Assembly: GCF_021028975.2 (NCBI RefSeq)
Contig: NC_059431.1
Coordinates: forward strand, 41,540,001-41,604,000
From: Sphaerodactylus townsendi
Taxonomy: Eukaryota
Direction: 5' to 3'
Length of the DNA: 64,000 nucleotides
The notes under the pieces are model-generated. The model was not told the DNA's origin. It saw only the letters and a program-made list of their open reading frames with translations, and did not search any database. The position numbers and the translations under genes are program-made. The first letter of the stretch is position 1. The number at the start of each line of letters is the position of its first letter. Shown piece after piece: positions 23,960 to 37,552 of this stretch.

Positions 23960-24898
23960 GTGCCTGGACTCCACCTGGACTCTTCATTATCAATGGATGG
24001 CCAGGTGGCCTATGCCACCCGGGTTGCGTTTTTCCATCTTCGCCAGGCACAGCGGCTGGCTCCCTATCTCTCCCAGTCCGACCTGGCCACTGTGATCCAT
24101 GCGACGGTCACCTCAAGGTTGGATTACTGTAACTCGCTTTACGCAGGCCTTCACTTGCGACTGATCCGGAAGTTGAAGCTGGTCCAGAATGCAGCGGCTC
24201 GGCTTTTGACAGGTGGTGATTATTCAGATCATATCACCCCTGTGCTATGCCGTCTGCACTGGCTCCCAGTGGAGTTCTGGATCATTTTCAAGGTGCTGGT
24301 ATTGACCTTTAAGGCCTTATGCGGCATGGGGCCCTCATACCTACGGGACCGCATCACCCCTTATGTTCCACATAGGCTGCTGTGTTCGGCAGCGGCAGAA
24401 CTGCTGGTGACCCCTGGCCCCACAATGATACGGCTGGCCTCGAACCAGGCCAGAGCCTTTACGGCTCTGGCCCCTGCCTGGTGGAATGCTCTACCTCCAG
24501 CTGTCCGGGCTCTGCGGGACCTTAGTGAGTTCCGCAGGGCCTGTAAGACGGAGCTATTCCACTGGGCTTTTGGAAGGGCCGGCCGTGGCCCTACTGCCCC
24601 CCACCAAATCTGAGGCTGCCTGTTCCATCTTTTCTATTTTGGTTGGGCCTGATCTACTGATGACATCGTGGACCCTGCCTATTCCCTCCCTCTTTTGGCC
24701 TTAGTTCGGGCGCCCGTTTTAAACAACTTTTGTTTTAAAACATTTCTGTTGTTTTAAATTATTGCTGCATAGGTTTTAAGGGGTTTAATTTTTTATGTTG
24801 TTGATTGCTGTTCGTCAGAACAGCCATATTGTGAGCCGCCTCGAGCCCTTCGGGGATGAGGTGGCCTATAAGTTTAATTAATAAAATAAATAAATAAA
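23960..24898 (+). mobile_element. 5'-truncated L2 LINE (ORF2 C-terminus, 3'UTR, (TAAA)n tail)
   Basis: AFFHLRQ..LATVIHATVTSRLDYCNSLYAGL..LVQNAAARLL..HITPVL..LHWLPV, open for 217 codons; tail ATAAAATAAATAAATAAA. Confidence 0.93.
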
Positions 24899-26194
24899 TG
24901 CTGTGGCTGCATACAATTATCTAGAAGTGTATAAGTGGGCCACACTCTTATACACCAAGAATAAAATTCCCATTTTCTCTGCTTCATATTGCAGCATCTA
25001 CATTTGTGTCTTCACATGCAAGCCACAAGAATTGCCTTATTAGGAAATCACATAAATTTGCTATAGCTTTGAAGACTATAATGACACTCTTGTAGAACAA
25101 ATTAATATGCCCTCTAAAAACCTCTGCATTCAATGACAATTCAGAGTCACATCATTATAAAACTCCATTAAATGCTGCTAGAATATTGACTTTCTTATAC
25201 AAAAAACATTTCTGAATGTAACTTCTCAATCCAGAGAACAAAGTCCAGACTTTCCATTCTATCTCTTCTTAAACATTTACATTTAAACATTTAAAACATT
25301 TCTACCATCTACCTATTAAACCATACTTATACAAAACGTAAGGCACTTGATATATTTTCTCAGAATTCTATTTCTGTTGTTATATCACATGTGTTAACAC
25401 TAAATTTTCTAGCAGGGCATAGAATAAAGGCAGGTGACACAGTTCTCTTGGAAGTAAAATGGGCTACAAATTTATTAAATACAATGGGCCTTCAGTGTGC
25501 ACAATAATTAACCACATGACTCTAACATGATGCAAGTGATAACCAAGTGGAATGCAGAGGAATCAAGGCCTCTTTGAATCACCACCCATAAACATCTGTG
25601 TGAGTCCATCCTAGGTCCAACAAAAAAATCACAATATTCACAACCCTATGGAGGAAGATAGGCATCTTCCAAGACATTCTGCTGTCGATCTAAAAAGCAT
25701 TGTTCCACCCAAACAAAACAAAGAAAAAAACACCTTCAAACAGAATACACTACATGAATGTGCTGTATTAGCACTCATGAAAAAATTAAGCACAACCTCT
25801 CAACCTGGTTTAATCTATAGATTCTTATCAGTCAACAGAAGAGATATTAACTGGCTCTTCTGAGCATATTGTATCATATTACAACCCTTTACTAATGTTG
25901 GTTAATTTTCTCCTGCTTCAGATTGCTTCTTCCTTGATAAGGTGCTGTTTATCATACTTTAATGACTTTCTGTTTATCTGTGCACTCCAAGAAAGGTAGA
26001 ACCTCTGATCTCTTTCATCACCATTTATAGGCTACAACAAAATCCATTCCAATTCCTTATGTATAGAATTACACCCAAATAAAATAAAAAAGACAGGATC
26101 TATACCAGCATCTTTCTGTCAAAACTCTTCCTCTCTCTCCTCTTAGTAATTTTCCTTATAAATATGTCCAAAATAATTTCCTCATAATATGGAA

Positions 26195-26280
26195 CTGAAG
26201 AAGTGAGCTCTAACTCACAAAAATTCATGCTGGAATAAATGCTGCCAGTTGTTAAGATTCCGCTGGACTACTGTTCTTTT
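26195..26280 (+). mobile_element. Penelope-like terminal remnant with degenerate hammerhead core
   Basis: CTGAAGA-A-GTGAG-CTCTAA-CTCAC-AAAA (GAAA mutated), then GGAATAAA...CTGGACT. Confidence 0.55.
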
Positions 26281-29200
26281 TATTCCAGTCGTCTGAACAG
26301 TCTTCACTAATAAAAGAACATGCTTGACCCCTTCTCCTTAACTATGAGGTTTTTAGGGCAATGCTCATAACTGATCATGACTGATCCTAAGGGGTGTTCC
26401 TGTTAGAGTCCATGTAACCACAGAGGTCCTGAGATTCTGGTCTGAGAAACATCTCTTTCACCTTTGAATTACTTCCTTAGAGTAGTCTCCAAGTTATGTT
26501 TTCAGAATAAATGCTTTTCCCATACTGCAACTGTGCCAGGAGGAAACTAGCAAATGACTTGGTGTTCTATACCCTAGTTATCACAAATGGCCTGAAAAAG
26601 TCCTGCTGGAGATCCCTAAGGCAGATGTTGCAATTGTTCTCCAAGAAATACACATTATCTTTTTTATCCAACTGCAGTGCAGAGTTATTTGTTCATGGAT
26701 TCAGAATGCATAGCTCCATCTGCTACCAAAGCTTTATGAACAAACCAATTATCTTCAACTCAGCTCTGTTTGTACATCATGGATTAGTTGTTTCCAAATT
26801 TTCTTCTGTAGCAATTCCAACCAGATCAAAAACACTCCTATAGGAAAAACTTGACTAGTTGGGATTTCTTCTGTCCAAAATAGACCATAATGAGGTATCT
26901 TACCACTTGTAGAGAATGTCCAATTATGAATTCTCCCCATAACATTACTGGGAGAGACCATCATTGGCCTGCCTCTTTCCTCAGGTTATCCTGCTCCCTT
27001 ATCTGCTGCCTTTTTGTTTACCTTAGGCTGATTATACATTGGTGCTCTGCTCTGCAGTGAGGGTACATTTCCTTTGGGGCAGAGTTTTCATTGCAGATGC
27101 AGTCATACTCAGGGCAGTACAGAACCTGGAAGCCCATGGTTCCTGAGAATGGGCAAACCCCACTGTTTCCCCTGGCATTGGGGTTTCTGCTCCTTCCAGT
27201 CTTTCTCCCTGCTCCCCACAAGTATTTGAAGGATAGCAATTGCCATTTTTCCCAAAAAAACCCAATAATTATTATAATAAGCCATCATAATAGTGATGTG
27301 AAGAATATTGATATAAACTTAAAGGGCTTTTAAAAATTCTGCAATCTTGCACTTAATGGGGAGTGACCCAAAAGTGAAGGCAGACAAGCTGTGCAGCAGA
27401 CAGTGGGCCATCTCCTTATGTGTAAACAAGAAAATGTGTGGAGACCCCACTGTGACCCCACTGTGGAGGTAACAGCATTGCAGAAAGTGTTCCATGCATA
27501 ATGGGCCTTAGTCTGAACTTTCTGTTACTCGAAATGCGGAGAGTCTGTCCCATTTACAGGTGGGGTATTAGTGAAAACAGACTTAGCAAAAGGTTGGGCA
27601 AGCTTGAGATCTTGTTTGCCTATGTATACAAAAGTCAGCTTTTGCAAGAAATCTGTGAGAGCAAGGTAAGGTTAAATTTATTAAAAGGAAAATAATGAAT
27701 GTACAAGCATACAATAATCAAACAGCAAAGTGCATATACAGTTTTAGAATATAAGCAGTGTTGAGATGAAAGGTTGGGATTAGATGAAGGGAATTGTGGA
27801 ATATGAGTTACAGACACCTGATCTTGGAGCAGAATGGTCCAATGTACAGAGCTAGCTTTGGTAGCAAAAAGAACAAAATGTTGGGGACAATATGTACAGA
27901 CAGAGTGGTGTCCAGAGATATTGAGCACTGGCTTCTTATAGGGATAGAGGGACCCTCAGGGTTATACAGACTGGCCATTAATCTCCCAAGACAAAGGGGA
28001 ACATTGCCTTTTCAAGAAAATACAAGAGAGGGGTGATCAACTTCAGTGGTGATACTCAAGTTGATGGGTGAAATAATCAAAATTAAATTTTGGCAGGGTT
28101 TGACTTAATCACAGCTGCAAACAATAAGAATGTAAATAAGGTGGTCCTTAGACAGAAATTAGTCAAAAGTTTTAGTGCAATACTGGCAAAAACAAGGTGG
28201 AGGATTGATTCAGACTTTGCTTCGAGAACTGGTAGGATGCATTTCAATATACATGACAAGATGCTAGGCACATAAAGACAAATATAAGTGATATATAGAC
28301 TTGAAATAAACTGCAGGTCTTTAACTGCAGGACTCTAGTGCCTCCTTTACACTAGTGCATGTCTTGAAGAGCTTTTGTGTTTCTGATGACAGAAAAGAGG
28401 AATATATCTAATACCACTTGAGTTCATGACATGAGAACTCAAACTGCCTGTTTTATCTTCAAAATAAACAAGCAGCAGTTACTGACATTACAGACTACCT
28501 TTACAATCAGTGTGTATCATAGAGTCTGCAAGAATTTTTATTTGCCACTTAATTTTGCATGATTCCAGTAGGGATAAAATGCAAGGGAAACTCCTTTCAA
28601 CTGGCACTTTTTATTTTTAATTCAATTTAACTCTTCTGTTAAATTTCATTTTGTTAAAATAGCCTTTATTTATTTTCCTGTTTAGAACATTTATAACTCT
28701 ACTTTTTAATAAGGTTCTTGAGGTGTCTTCAGAATGTTCTTTAAAAATAATAAAACTATAATAAATATAATAAAAATAAAATAAAACAGAAGCATGAATA
28801 ATATTGAACAGGAATAAAGTCAGAGCTAGCTATTCAGGGCATGAAAATAAAATCATATATCATAAAACAGCAACAGGGATGAAATATTATTTCAGGACTA
28901 AATTGCAGATTAAAGTAAAATCTAATAATAGACTTGCCAACCTATAAAGCAGCAATGGAGACAAAACATTTCAAAGTAAGAGATTCAGGATTAAAATAGT
29001 AAAAATGAGTTGGTGGTGACAAAAGCACTTTAGATGCAGGGAGGAAATGAAAAGAGAATTATCATGGGAGAATTAAAACAGTTTCACATACTGCCTAAAA
29101 GACAATATGAGCACCAGATGAACCTCTAGGAGTTGAAAGGGCTTGCGGGAGCAGTGCTGCCTTGCACCTGCGCATTTGCCCTTCAAGGGGCACTTACCCT

Positions 29201-29511
29201 GATGGAGGGGACAGATGTGCTGGCAGCCATGCATCCTGCAGCCCCACTGCCACATAATTCGGAAGTTTGTGCTGTGGCTTGGCTACTCTGGTATCCTGAT
29301 TGGAAGCCAGAAGGGCAGAAGCATAGCTTCTACATGGACATATGGGGTCATATGTTCCCGGGAGGCTACCATTCAGTCACATGGCGGGAAGGAAATTGCC
29401 TTCCACACTTCTTGCCTGGGATCCTTGGCTTGTGCCAGCAGCCAGGCTTGATGGGGCGGTGGCACAAGTTGGCTGGGTGGACTTTCTGATCAGCGCCCCT
29501 GCTGTTGCTGC

Positions 29512-30408
29512 CAGAGGTACAGGGGCATGACACAGCATACTGCCCAGTTGCCTGCAGGTCAGTGAGCAGTGGGGGGTGGACCCCCTTCCTCCCACCACCC
29601 CAAAGGCCAGCGGGGTCTGCAGGGCCACCAGCAGAGGCTTTCCCACCACCGCCCCCAAAATGGCCAGCTGGGCCAACAGGGCCCTGGCAGAGGCATTCAC
29701 GCACACCCTGCTCCCAAATGTTCACTTTCCCCCACCACTAGCCCTCCCTTGGCATCCTCCCCCACCTCTAACCATCCTAGTCACCTTCCCTCACCTTTAA
29801 CACCTCTTGCCACCCTCCCCACCTCTAGCCAACCCTTCCTGCCATCCCCACCCTAATACTCACCTCCCAACCCCCAATACTCACCTTACCCCACACCTGC
29901 CAATCCTCCTACCACCCCAAATCTCACCTTGCCACCCTCCACCACCTTAACAATCACTTCCCAATCCTTCACCACCTCTAGCCACACCTTCCACACCTTT
30001 CAACCCTTCACCACCTCAAGCCTCACCTTCCAACCTTTCACCATCCCAAGCCTCACCCTGCCATCCTCCCCACTCCAATACTCACCTTCCTACCCTTCCC
30101 CCACCCTAGCCACACCCTCCAACTCTCCCCCACCCCAAGCCTGCTCTGACCCCTGGCTTCCGCTTGCCACCCTGTCCCACCAGAACCCTCCCCTTTCACC
30201 CTCCCCCACCCCAAGTCTCCCCTTTCAACCCTCCCACCATCCCAAGTCACTCTGTTCCAAGCCATTTCTCTCCACCCTCCCCATATCCTCATCAAGATGA
30301 AAAGTGGAGGGAGCCAGAGAGGGCAGCTCCAGAGCCACCCGGGGGGGAGGGGGGTTGCACAAAACTCAGGTTTTTCCCCTGGCTCCATTTTTCCTAGTTA
30401 CACCTCTG
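29512..30408. mobile_element. Old hAT-like element carrying a C-rich minisatellite
   Basis: Termini CAGAGGTAC ... TTACACCTCTG. Right subterminal region resembles 57355-57411. C-rich array at 29730-30290. No TSD recognisable. Confidence 0.45.
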
Positions 30409-31429
30409 CAGCAAGGGGTGGGGTGAGGCAGGGCATTCCCAGGGATAGAGCCAACAGCAACTGGGGTGTACAGTGCACTGGCCCTCAGATGGCATACATC
30501 TGAGGTGAACAGATGTCAAAAGAGGTACAGACACCAAAAAGGCACTGTATATCTTTTAAATTTTATGGAGTTTTCTGGTGGTGGGGGAGTTTGGGGGCTT
30601 TCTTGAGCTCCATGCACCACTGAAAAGTCCTATTGGAGGTGTCGGGGTGATGCTGCAGTGGCTCCAGGTTTGGGTGGAGCTGTTGGCATTCTTAAAAAGG
30701 AAGATTAAATACATTAAAGAAAGATAGATTCCAAAACGTAAGAACCATTTCTCAGTAGTGGTTTTAGCAGATTATACAAGCCACTACAATTCTGTTTGCT
30801 AATGGAGCTTAGCATGTTTGTTAAAACTATTGCCCCAAGACCCTTCAACAAGCCAACCAAATGAAAACATGGCTAACTTCTTTAAAACCTTCTTTCAACT
30901 CTGTTTCTTTCTTCACAGTCTGATCCCAGTATATATTTTGTGAGTTTACCTTTACAAGAAAGCACAATGCCCATGACAGAAATAAAACAAGTCACATGTT
31001 TAGCAGTAAATGCTTATATTTACTGTTTCTTATTATTGCCATGCATTAACAAAATGTATTTAGAAGATTTTAACTCAAAGAACACCATAACCTTTGCAGT
31101 TTTGATTACAATAAACATGATCATTCTGAAAATGCTATTGGGAAGCAATAACATTTAAAAATAATTTAAATGTCAATCTCCCACACAAAATAGCATTTAT
31201 AGCAATATTAGTGGTTGTACAAACTGATTTTATCTCAATTCTTTTATTAAACTGTAGTACATTTTCCAAAAACTGGCTCTATATATGACAATTTGGGTAA
31301 TGTCTGGTTTGTTTCTTTTGAACTCACACAAAGGACATTTTCAACACCAATATTAACATTTATTTTGACAAGCAAGTACTATGTGAAATTGCAGACAAAG
31401 ATGATTAATTTATTTACTTTATGTATACA

Positions 31430-31630
31430 ATCTCTGTAGTCTGGATATTTCCCAGAATTACAACTGACCTCATGACTACAGAGATCAGTTCCATTGGAGA
31501 CAATGACTATTTTGAAGGGTGAACTCTATGGTACTACACCACACTGAGGTCCTCCCCTCCCCAGACCCTCCTCTATGAGCTTCTCACCCAAATCTCCTGG
31601 AATTTTTCAACCTGAAGTTGACAACTATAG
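31430..31630 (-). mobile_element. Old Blackjack-like repeat copy
   Basis: ACTACAGAGATCAGTTCC..CAAATCTCCTGGAATTTTTCAACC..GTTGACAAC is the reverse complement of the 21307 family. Confidence 0.55.
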
Positions 31631-31989
31631 TTCTGCCTCATAAGAATTGCAGCAATACCAGATAAAGCATCAGCCTCCAAGATCATCCTTTTCTAGCAAA
31701 ATGTAGGGAAAATTTGATTTAAAACAAACATCATTTCCCACTTTCCTCCTGAATGGGGACCCACAGAGGCTTACATTGTTCTTGCTTCCATTCCCTCCTC
31801 ACAAAATCCTTAGGTCAGGCTGAGAATGCATGCCTTATCCAAGGTCAGTCAGCAACTTTCAGTAGAAAGGTGTGGATTCACTCCTGGCCCTTCCAGGTAA
31901 ACAACTTTACCTACAAAACCAAATTGGTTTTGATAGCTCAGGAAGGTTCCTAAACTCATTTTGTTTTGTAATGAAGAAAATATATTCCA

Positions 31990-32202
31990 TCTTCCCTGTT
32001 TGTTTTGCCTTTCTACCCAGTGAGGACATAAGCAACTTGTACAATTGTCCTCACCTTCACATTATCCTGACCATAACCCTGTGAGATAGGTCTGGCTGTG
32101 AGTATATGACTAGGAGCAACTGTCAATCAGCAACCTTCATGGCAGAATGGAGATTCAAGCCTAGATCTCACTGATCCATTTCCAAGATTCTATTCACTAC
32201 CC
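31990..32202 (-). mobile_element. Old MIR/L2-tailed SINE
   Basis: AACCCTGTGAGATAGG..CTTCATGGCAGAATGGAGATTCAAGCC. Confidence 0.5.
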
Positions 32203-32645
32203 CAAATATGCTCTGATAGGTCAAGAAAGAGGGTAAATCACCTGTGCTTTTTCACAGAGGGGATAATTTCTACTCTCCTTGTCAGCTTTCAGTGATGCTT
32301 GCACTTTCTTATGAACAAAGCTTTGCTTCCACTGCATACAGCAGGGGGATGCCAAAGAGCTAATCTGTGCCAATTCCCTTCATTTTTTTTCGCTGAAAGT
32401 CCCACTATCAACTTGAAGAGGGAGCATTATAATTTTTCTTGCTTTACTTTTGGATGAGAAATGTCTGCAACACACAACCATTGCTCCCAATGCAAAAAGT
32501 GGGGTGAGGGGTGAGGTTGTTGGGAGGTTGCATGAGCCAGGATGTCTTGATTCCTTTCACATTTGGCACTGCAAAATCCACTGCTATCCTGAAGCCATTG
32601 GCCAGTTATTTTTTGCCTGCCATAGACAGATGGACCAGATAGATA

Positions 32646-32812
32646 GGAGCCAACATGGTGTAGTGGTTAAAAGCAGTGGACTCTAATCTGGAGAACTATG
32701 TTTTATTCCCCACTCTTCCACATGAAGCCTGATTGGTAACCATGGGCCACTCACACTTCTCTCAGAACTCTCTCAGTCCCACCAACCTCACAAGGTGCCT
32801 GTTGCCGGGGGG
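32646..32812 (+). mobile_element. tRNA-derived SINE (3'-truncated)
   Basis: TGGTGTAGTGGTTAA A-box, GGACTCTAATCTGGAGAAC, ACCTCACAAGGTG. Confidence 0.65.
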
Positions 32813-32849
32813 ACATGGATTCTGGTAGACATGTCAGCTGTATCAAGGT

Positions 32850-33345
32850 AAGGAGTCATTTTATTAGTTAGGCTAAGTTGGTAGAAAGCCTGTTTTGCAG
32901 CTGCATTAACTTGCTTCTCCAGCAATAAAGTTTGATCCGGTATGAACCCAAGGCTTTTGACTGAATCAGCAGGGTCAGCTGAACTCCATCGAAAATGAGG
33001 AGAACAATGTCCTTCAATACTTCCTCCATCCTAGCCACCATGATCCCTGTCATTTCATGGTATAGTTTTAATTTGCTCACATCTAGCCAGTTAACCCCCA
33101 TAGCTAAGCACCTCTACCACATCACCAGGAGATTTGGATAAGGATACACACAGTTGAATATTATCAACAAGTTGATTACAACCAACCCCAAAGCTACAAA
33201 TATTTATCCTAAGGACTTTATTACATAGAGATGGAAAAGCACAGGGGAACAGAGTAGCACCCTGCAGAACCCCACAAGATAGATCCCAGACAGACAATAA
33301 CTGGTTTCCAATTGCATAAGAACTAATTACTTTGCATACCACAAA
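32850..33345 (-). mobile_element. Highly decayed L2 RT fragment
   Basis: Minus-strand LSCGVLQGATLFP, LVDNIQL (YADD region), NWLDVSKLKL. Confidence 0.65.
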
Positions 33346-33700
33346 GTGCTGTAAATAATGGTAAGAACAATATCAATGAATTGGATCCATCCCAGCAAAG
33401 TCAGCGGTGTACTTTCCTAGAGCCAAAGATGATACAAGGAGAGCTGCAAGTGCAAAGGATCAGGGGGATCCATTCTCCTATCTCATTTGTCATTATTTTC
33501 AATAAATGCAGCATTTTAAAAATTAATGCCTTCCAATCATAAAATATTAACATTCTAAAAAAATCTGTACAAGGTTTCAGATTTATTTTCAATCCAAAGG
33601 CTAGTACCCACAGAAATATTAATGATGAGCTATGATTTCATTTGCCACTTTGTGCAGCAAGCAAAATATTATAGCCATAACAAGCAATTACTATAGATTT

Positions 33701-33738
33701 ACATGTGTGTGTGTGTGTGTACATGTGTGTGCGCGCAT
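33701..33738. repeat. Alternating purine-pyrimidine tract (TG)n/(GC)n
   Basis: ACATGTGTGTGTGTGTGTGTACATGTGTGTGCGCGCAT. Confidence 0.9.
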
Positions 33739-35809
33739 TTGTTCTGGTTAAATTTCCAGGTTAAAATTGTATGCATGTAAACTTGCCAATTTCAGATACA
33801 CTTATCTTTGATAACCTTTATCTGAAGGTATGCAAAATAAAACATACTGCTCATTCTTATGTATTTGTTTAAAACAATACTTAGGCTTCAATACCAAAGA
33901 GTTATAGCTCTCATTTTCTTTTTCAAGAGGTAATATGCTTTATCAGGAGGCATTATGGGCTACATTGCACTCCTGGTATAACAGATTTACTAAACAGTGG
34001 GTCTGTCTCATAACTGAAGGTTTGCTTTAGATTGCAAAACATTACAAAGCTGTTGGAATTCTATTTGCAATTAAGGGCTGTGTTGATTAGGCATATAAAT
34101 CCATTCTTTGACTAAGGCAAATGAAAAATTGAAGGAATTTCTCATTGCATATTATGTGGCCAAGCAGCTTTATCAGTTACAACTTCTTTGCCATATGAAA
34201 AGAAAAGCTTATTTTGCAACAAGAACTGCTAGTCAAAGCATTTCTGTTTTTTAAATATAGATTTATATTGTCCACTGCAGGCTGAAATTGAAATTGCTTG
34301 CAAAGAAACACATCATTCCCTGTTCTGAAGCAGGGTCTCCTACCGCTAGACATCCCTCGGACTTATGTCATCAGGGCTACAGAGAGAGAGAGAAAAAAAA
34401 AGAAAGCGTAGAAAGCGTAGTTGCCTGCAGGGCAAGAAATAAAGGTGAATTCACACATTCGTGTTTATCACTTTCTGACAGCAACTTGAAGTGGAGAATT
34501 GCATAGCTGAAACTGATCTGATGAAATAGTGCAGATTGGGGCTTCTCATAATTTCAAAGATGCTATTTGTCAGTGTTCACACATTCAACAACAAATAATC
34601 AAGGCTAGCTCCACAGATGCAGTGGGATTTGTTAGGAATGAGACTGTAGAATACTAAAACAGAAACCTGGGCTGTGCCCCTTCAAGCTCAAAATACAGTG
34701 GAGTATACTAGTTCCAATGTTTTCCTCAAGTTTTTTTTAAAAAAAGCTCTAAAAAGAAAGGTTCCAGCCTAGTCAATTGCCTACTGTGCTCCTTTTCTCT
34801 TGGCAGGAAATTTGGCAACCTCCCTCCCTACATTCTGAAATGATCCATTCTGCCATTCCATTCTTTTGCATGTGTAGACCAGGCCCAAGTGATAAATGAT
34901 AATATTTAGGGTTCTCATGATCCCAGTTCTAGCTGAGAAACAACCACTGAAAGCCCCCTCTGCCTGCGAATTAATTTTTCAAAAGTAGGAACAAAATGGC
35001 AATGATGCTTTAGGCTTAAATCTCTATGGAAGGCACACCATAAGACTAAGCAGTCTAGAGCATTGCCCCTACACTTTTAGGCTGATCCACATGTGCCAGC
35101 CCACATGGTTTGTGAGAAAGTGATGAGTTTTTCAGTTCTCACTGCCTTTGACCATTGCAGCAGCCATACTTCCTCAACCTCCAGAAGCCAGCCAGGTGGG
35201 CAGCTGGTTGAGCAGCCAGTCTGAAGCACACTCAGTGGTGCAGTGCCAGACTGACTGCTGCCTTCAGTCCAGGTCAGAACACCACTGGACACCCTTACTG
35301 GCTGAGCTGGCTGAAATCCCAGTGGATGGGGCAGCTGGTTTTCCAGTGGTGATGTGGTGGGTGCTGCTGATAGGAACTAATGCACCCTAAAACTCTGCCA
35401 CAGCTGCACATCATCTCCTTCAGCTGATACCTCTTAAAGGCTGGGGTGAGTGGTGAGCTAGCGGAGTAGTCCAAAGATGCCTCTATTGGTGTTCAAGCTG
35501 TTAATTTTGTTTTAAAACAGCAAATACATTTCTTAGTCACCTCTACTCTCCCAATAAAGCTTTTAAAATGTGCACAATCCCTCCCTGCATTTAGCTTCAC
35601 AGGAGAAAAAGAAATACAACAGTTCGTCCCCCCTGCAAACTGTCCATTGATAGATATTTTGTTTTTTTCTTTCTTCTTTTCCTTCCTTGTTTCCTTGCAA
35701 GCTGTCTTTGTTTTTGTTCTCCCTCCTGCCAGTTTCAGTTGTTCTGCCATTGGCTGGCCAAACACCTTTTCTGTAGGCTGGAGGAAGGAGCTGGGCTGTC
35801 TTTTGCATT

Positions 35810-35998
35810 GGGTTGCCACCTCAAAGTTGGGAAATCCCTGGAGATTTCGGTGGTGGATCATAGGGAGGGTGGGGTTGGGGAAGGGGAAGATATTCAAGGC
35901 AGTACACTGCCATAGATTTCACCTTCCAAAATGGCCATTTTCTCCAGGTGATCTGACTTTTGTTAACTAATCCAGTTGATTCTATTTGGAGGTTGGCA
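35810..35998 (+). mobile_element. Old Blackjack-like repeat copy
   Basis: GGGTTGCCACC..GGGAAATCCCTGGAGATTT..CCATTTTCTCCAGG..GGAGGTTGGCA. Confidence 0.55.
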
Positions 35999-36569
35999 TG
36001 CTGCACTGGGACCTGTTTGCAAGCAGCCCAGTGCATACCCAAGCAGCAGGAACCCTTCCCTAGAAAACAAAGCTATGAAGGGATCCTTTTCCCCACTTTC
36101 ATAATAGAGGTGTCTGAGTTCTTGTGTTGGCTGGGTGGGTCGGGGGGGGGGGCTGAAGGGGTTAACTGAGTTGCACAAATGGGGAGGGAAGTACATTGGG
36201 AACAGCTTAGGTTGCATTGCTTGAAAGGCTCCTAATGCAAAGATATACCCACCAGGACTTTGGAGTTCCCACCTGCAACTAATTTTCCCTGTTTTGTCCT
36301 GTCCCCACTGTGGCAGAAACTTTAATTGTACACAGTTAATTTGCTCATAAACAGATGCAGAGGGCTGGTTAAGACTCTAGTACTTATTAGGAATAGTTCT
36401 CCCTCTGAACTTACACTTAATGTCTAGAATGGAGCTGCACTGCGTATGTCTTTAATCCATATCAGCTCTGCCTTTCTGAATTAAATCTGTTTTTGAGTTG
36501 GCACTTGATTCTCTTCTTCTTTCAGTTGTGTGTTACCTCTAATGGAGGCTAGCTGTCACCTTGTAATTA

Positions 36570-36790
36570 TTATTTGATTAGGTATGCTTACATCCTACTC
36601 TTCCTCCAAGATTCTCAGAGTGGTGTATGTCATCTCCCTCCTTTCATTTAATCCTGACACGAACCTTGTGAAGTAACTTAGTCTGAAAGTGACTGGCCCA
36701 AACTTCATGGCAGAGTGAGGAATTGATCCTAGTTCAACCCTTTCCAGGTCCTAGTCCAACATTTAACCACTGAATCATGCTGGCTCTCTT
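36570..36790 (-). mobile_element. Old MIR/L2-tailed SINE
   Basis: CATTTAATCCTGACAC..GTGACTGGCCCAA..CTTCATGGCAGAGTG..TCCTAGTCCAAC. Confidence 0.5.
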
Positions 36791-37339
36791 CCTTTTTGTA
36801 GTATCACCATATGCTAGCCCTCACTTGAAAGTGCATTGACTTTGCTTGTAGGAAACAGAATATATGCCTTCCTTCCCTTGGGTCCATCGTCTCTGAGTGA
36901 TATCTTCATATTCTGAAATTCTGAATATGTTAAACTGTGAAATTCTGGGTAGCATAGGGTTACCATAACCTTGCTGGAAGCAAGGGATCCCCTGCTTTGG
37001 TGCCCCCACCAGTGCCATTCAGCCAGCCAGTGGTGGCAGACTTAACAACAGTAAACCGAGGCCAATGTCTGTGGCATCTGCAAGGCAGCAACATCATTTC
37101 TGGCATGTATCAGAGGTGATGTCATTGGTGTCACCAATGATGGTAAAAATGGTTTTTAACATAGAATTTAGCCCAAATACCAGAGCATCCCTGTGGTTGT
37201 TGGCAGTGCAATGATGTCCAAAATTACATTTGCCCCATTGCAGATGCCAGAGTTTAGTGGCACTAACTTCACTCCCACTCCTGACACTTGCCAAAAGGTA
37301 TCTGACAACCCTAAGATAGCTGCATATTAGATTGGAGAT

Positions 37340-37552
37340 ATATGTCAGGTCATTACTGATTCATGTGTTGATGTCACATCACAACATTTACTAGGCAGAC
37401 TATGTTTACGAGATGGTTTACTACTGCCTTTCCAAGTTATCTACATTTTTACTCATTTTACCAACATTGGAAGGATGGAAGGCTGAGTCAGTCCTGAACC
37501 AGTTACCTGAAACCCACTTCCATTGGGTTTCCACTCTGCATTTTGCACCACA
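37340..37552 (-). mobile_element. Degraded Sauria-type SINE
   Basis: ACTCATTTTACC..GGAAGGATGGAAGGCTGAGTCA is the reverse complement of the body of the SINE at 1171. Confidence 0.6.

Noticed and set aside
29505-30397. Pro/Ser/Thr-rich ORFs resembling mucin or extensin (also 50019-50485 and 51469-52012)
   Set aside because: Translations of a C-rich minisatellite, with no splice or codon evidence.
34344-34410. Strong minus-strand polypyrimidine tract and TAG acceptor
   Set aside because: The following 33 nt have stops in all three frames; the tract is an (AG)n/A microsatellite.
35077-35500. GC-balanced coding-looking block
   Set aside because: No frame with convincing splice sites or recognisable protein on either strand.
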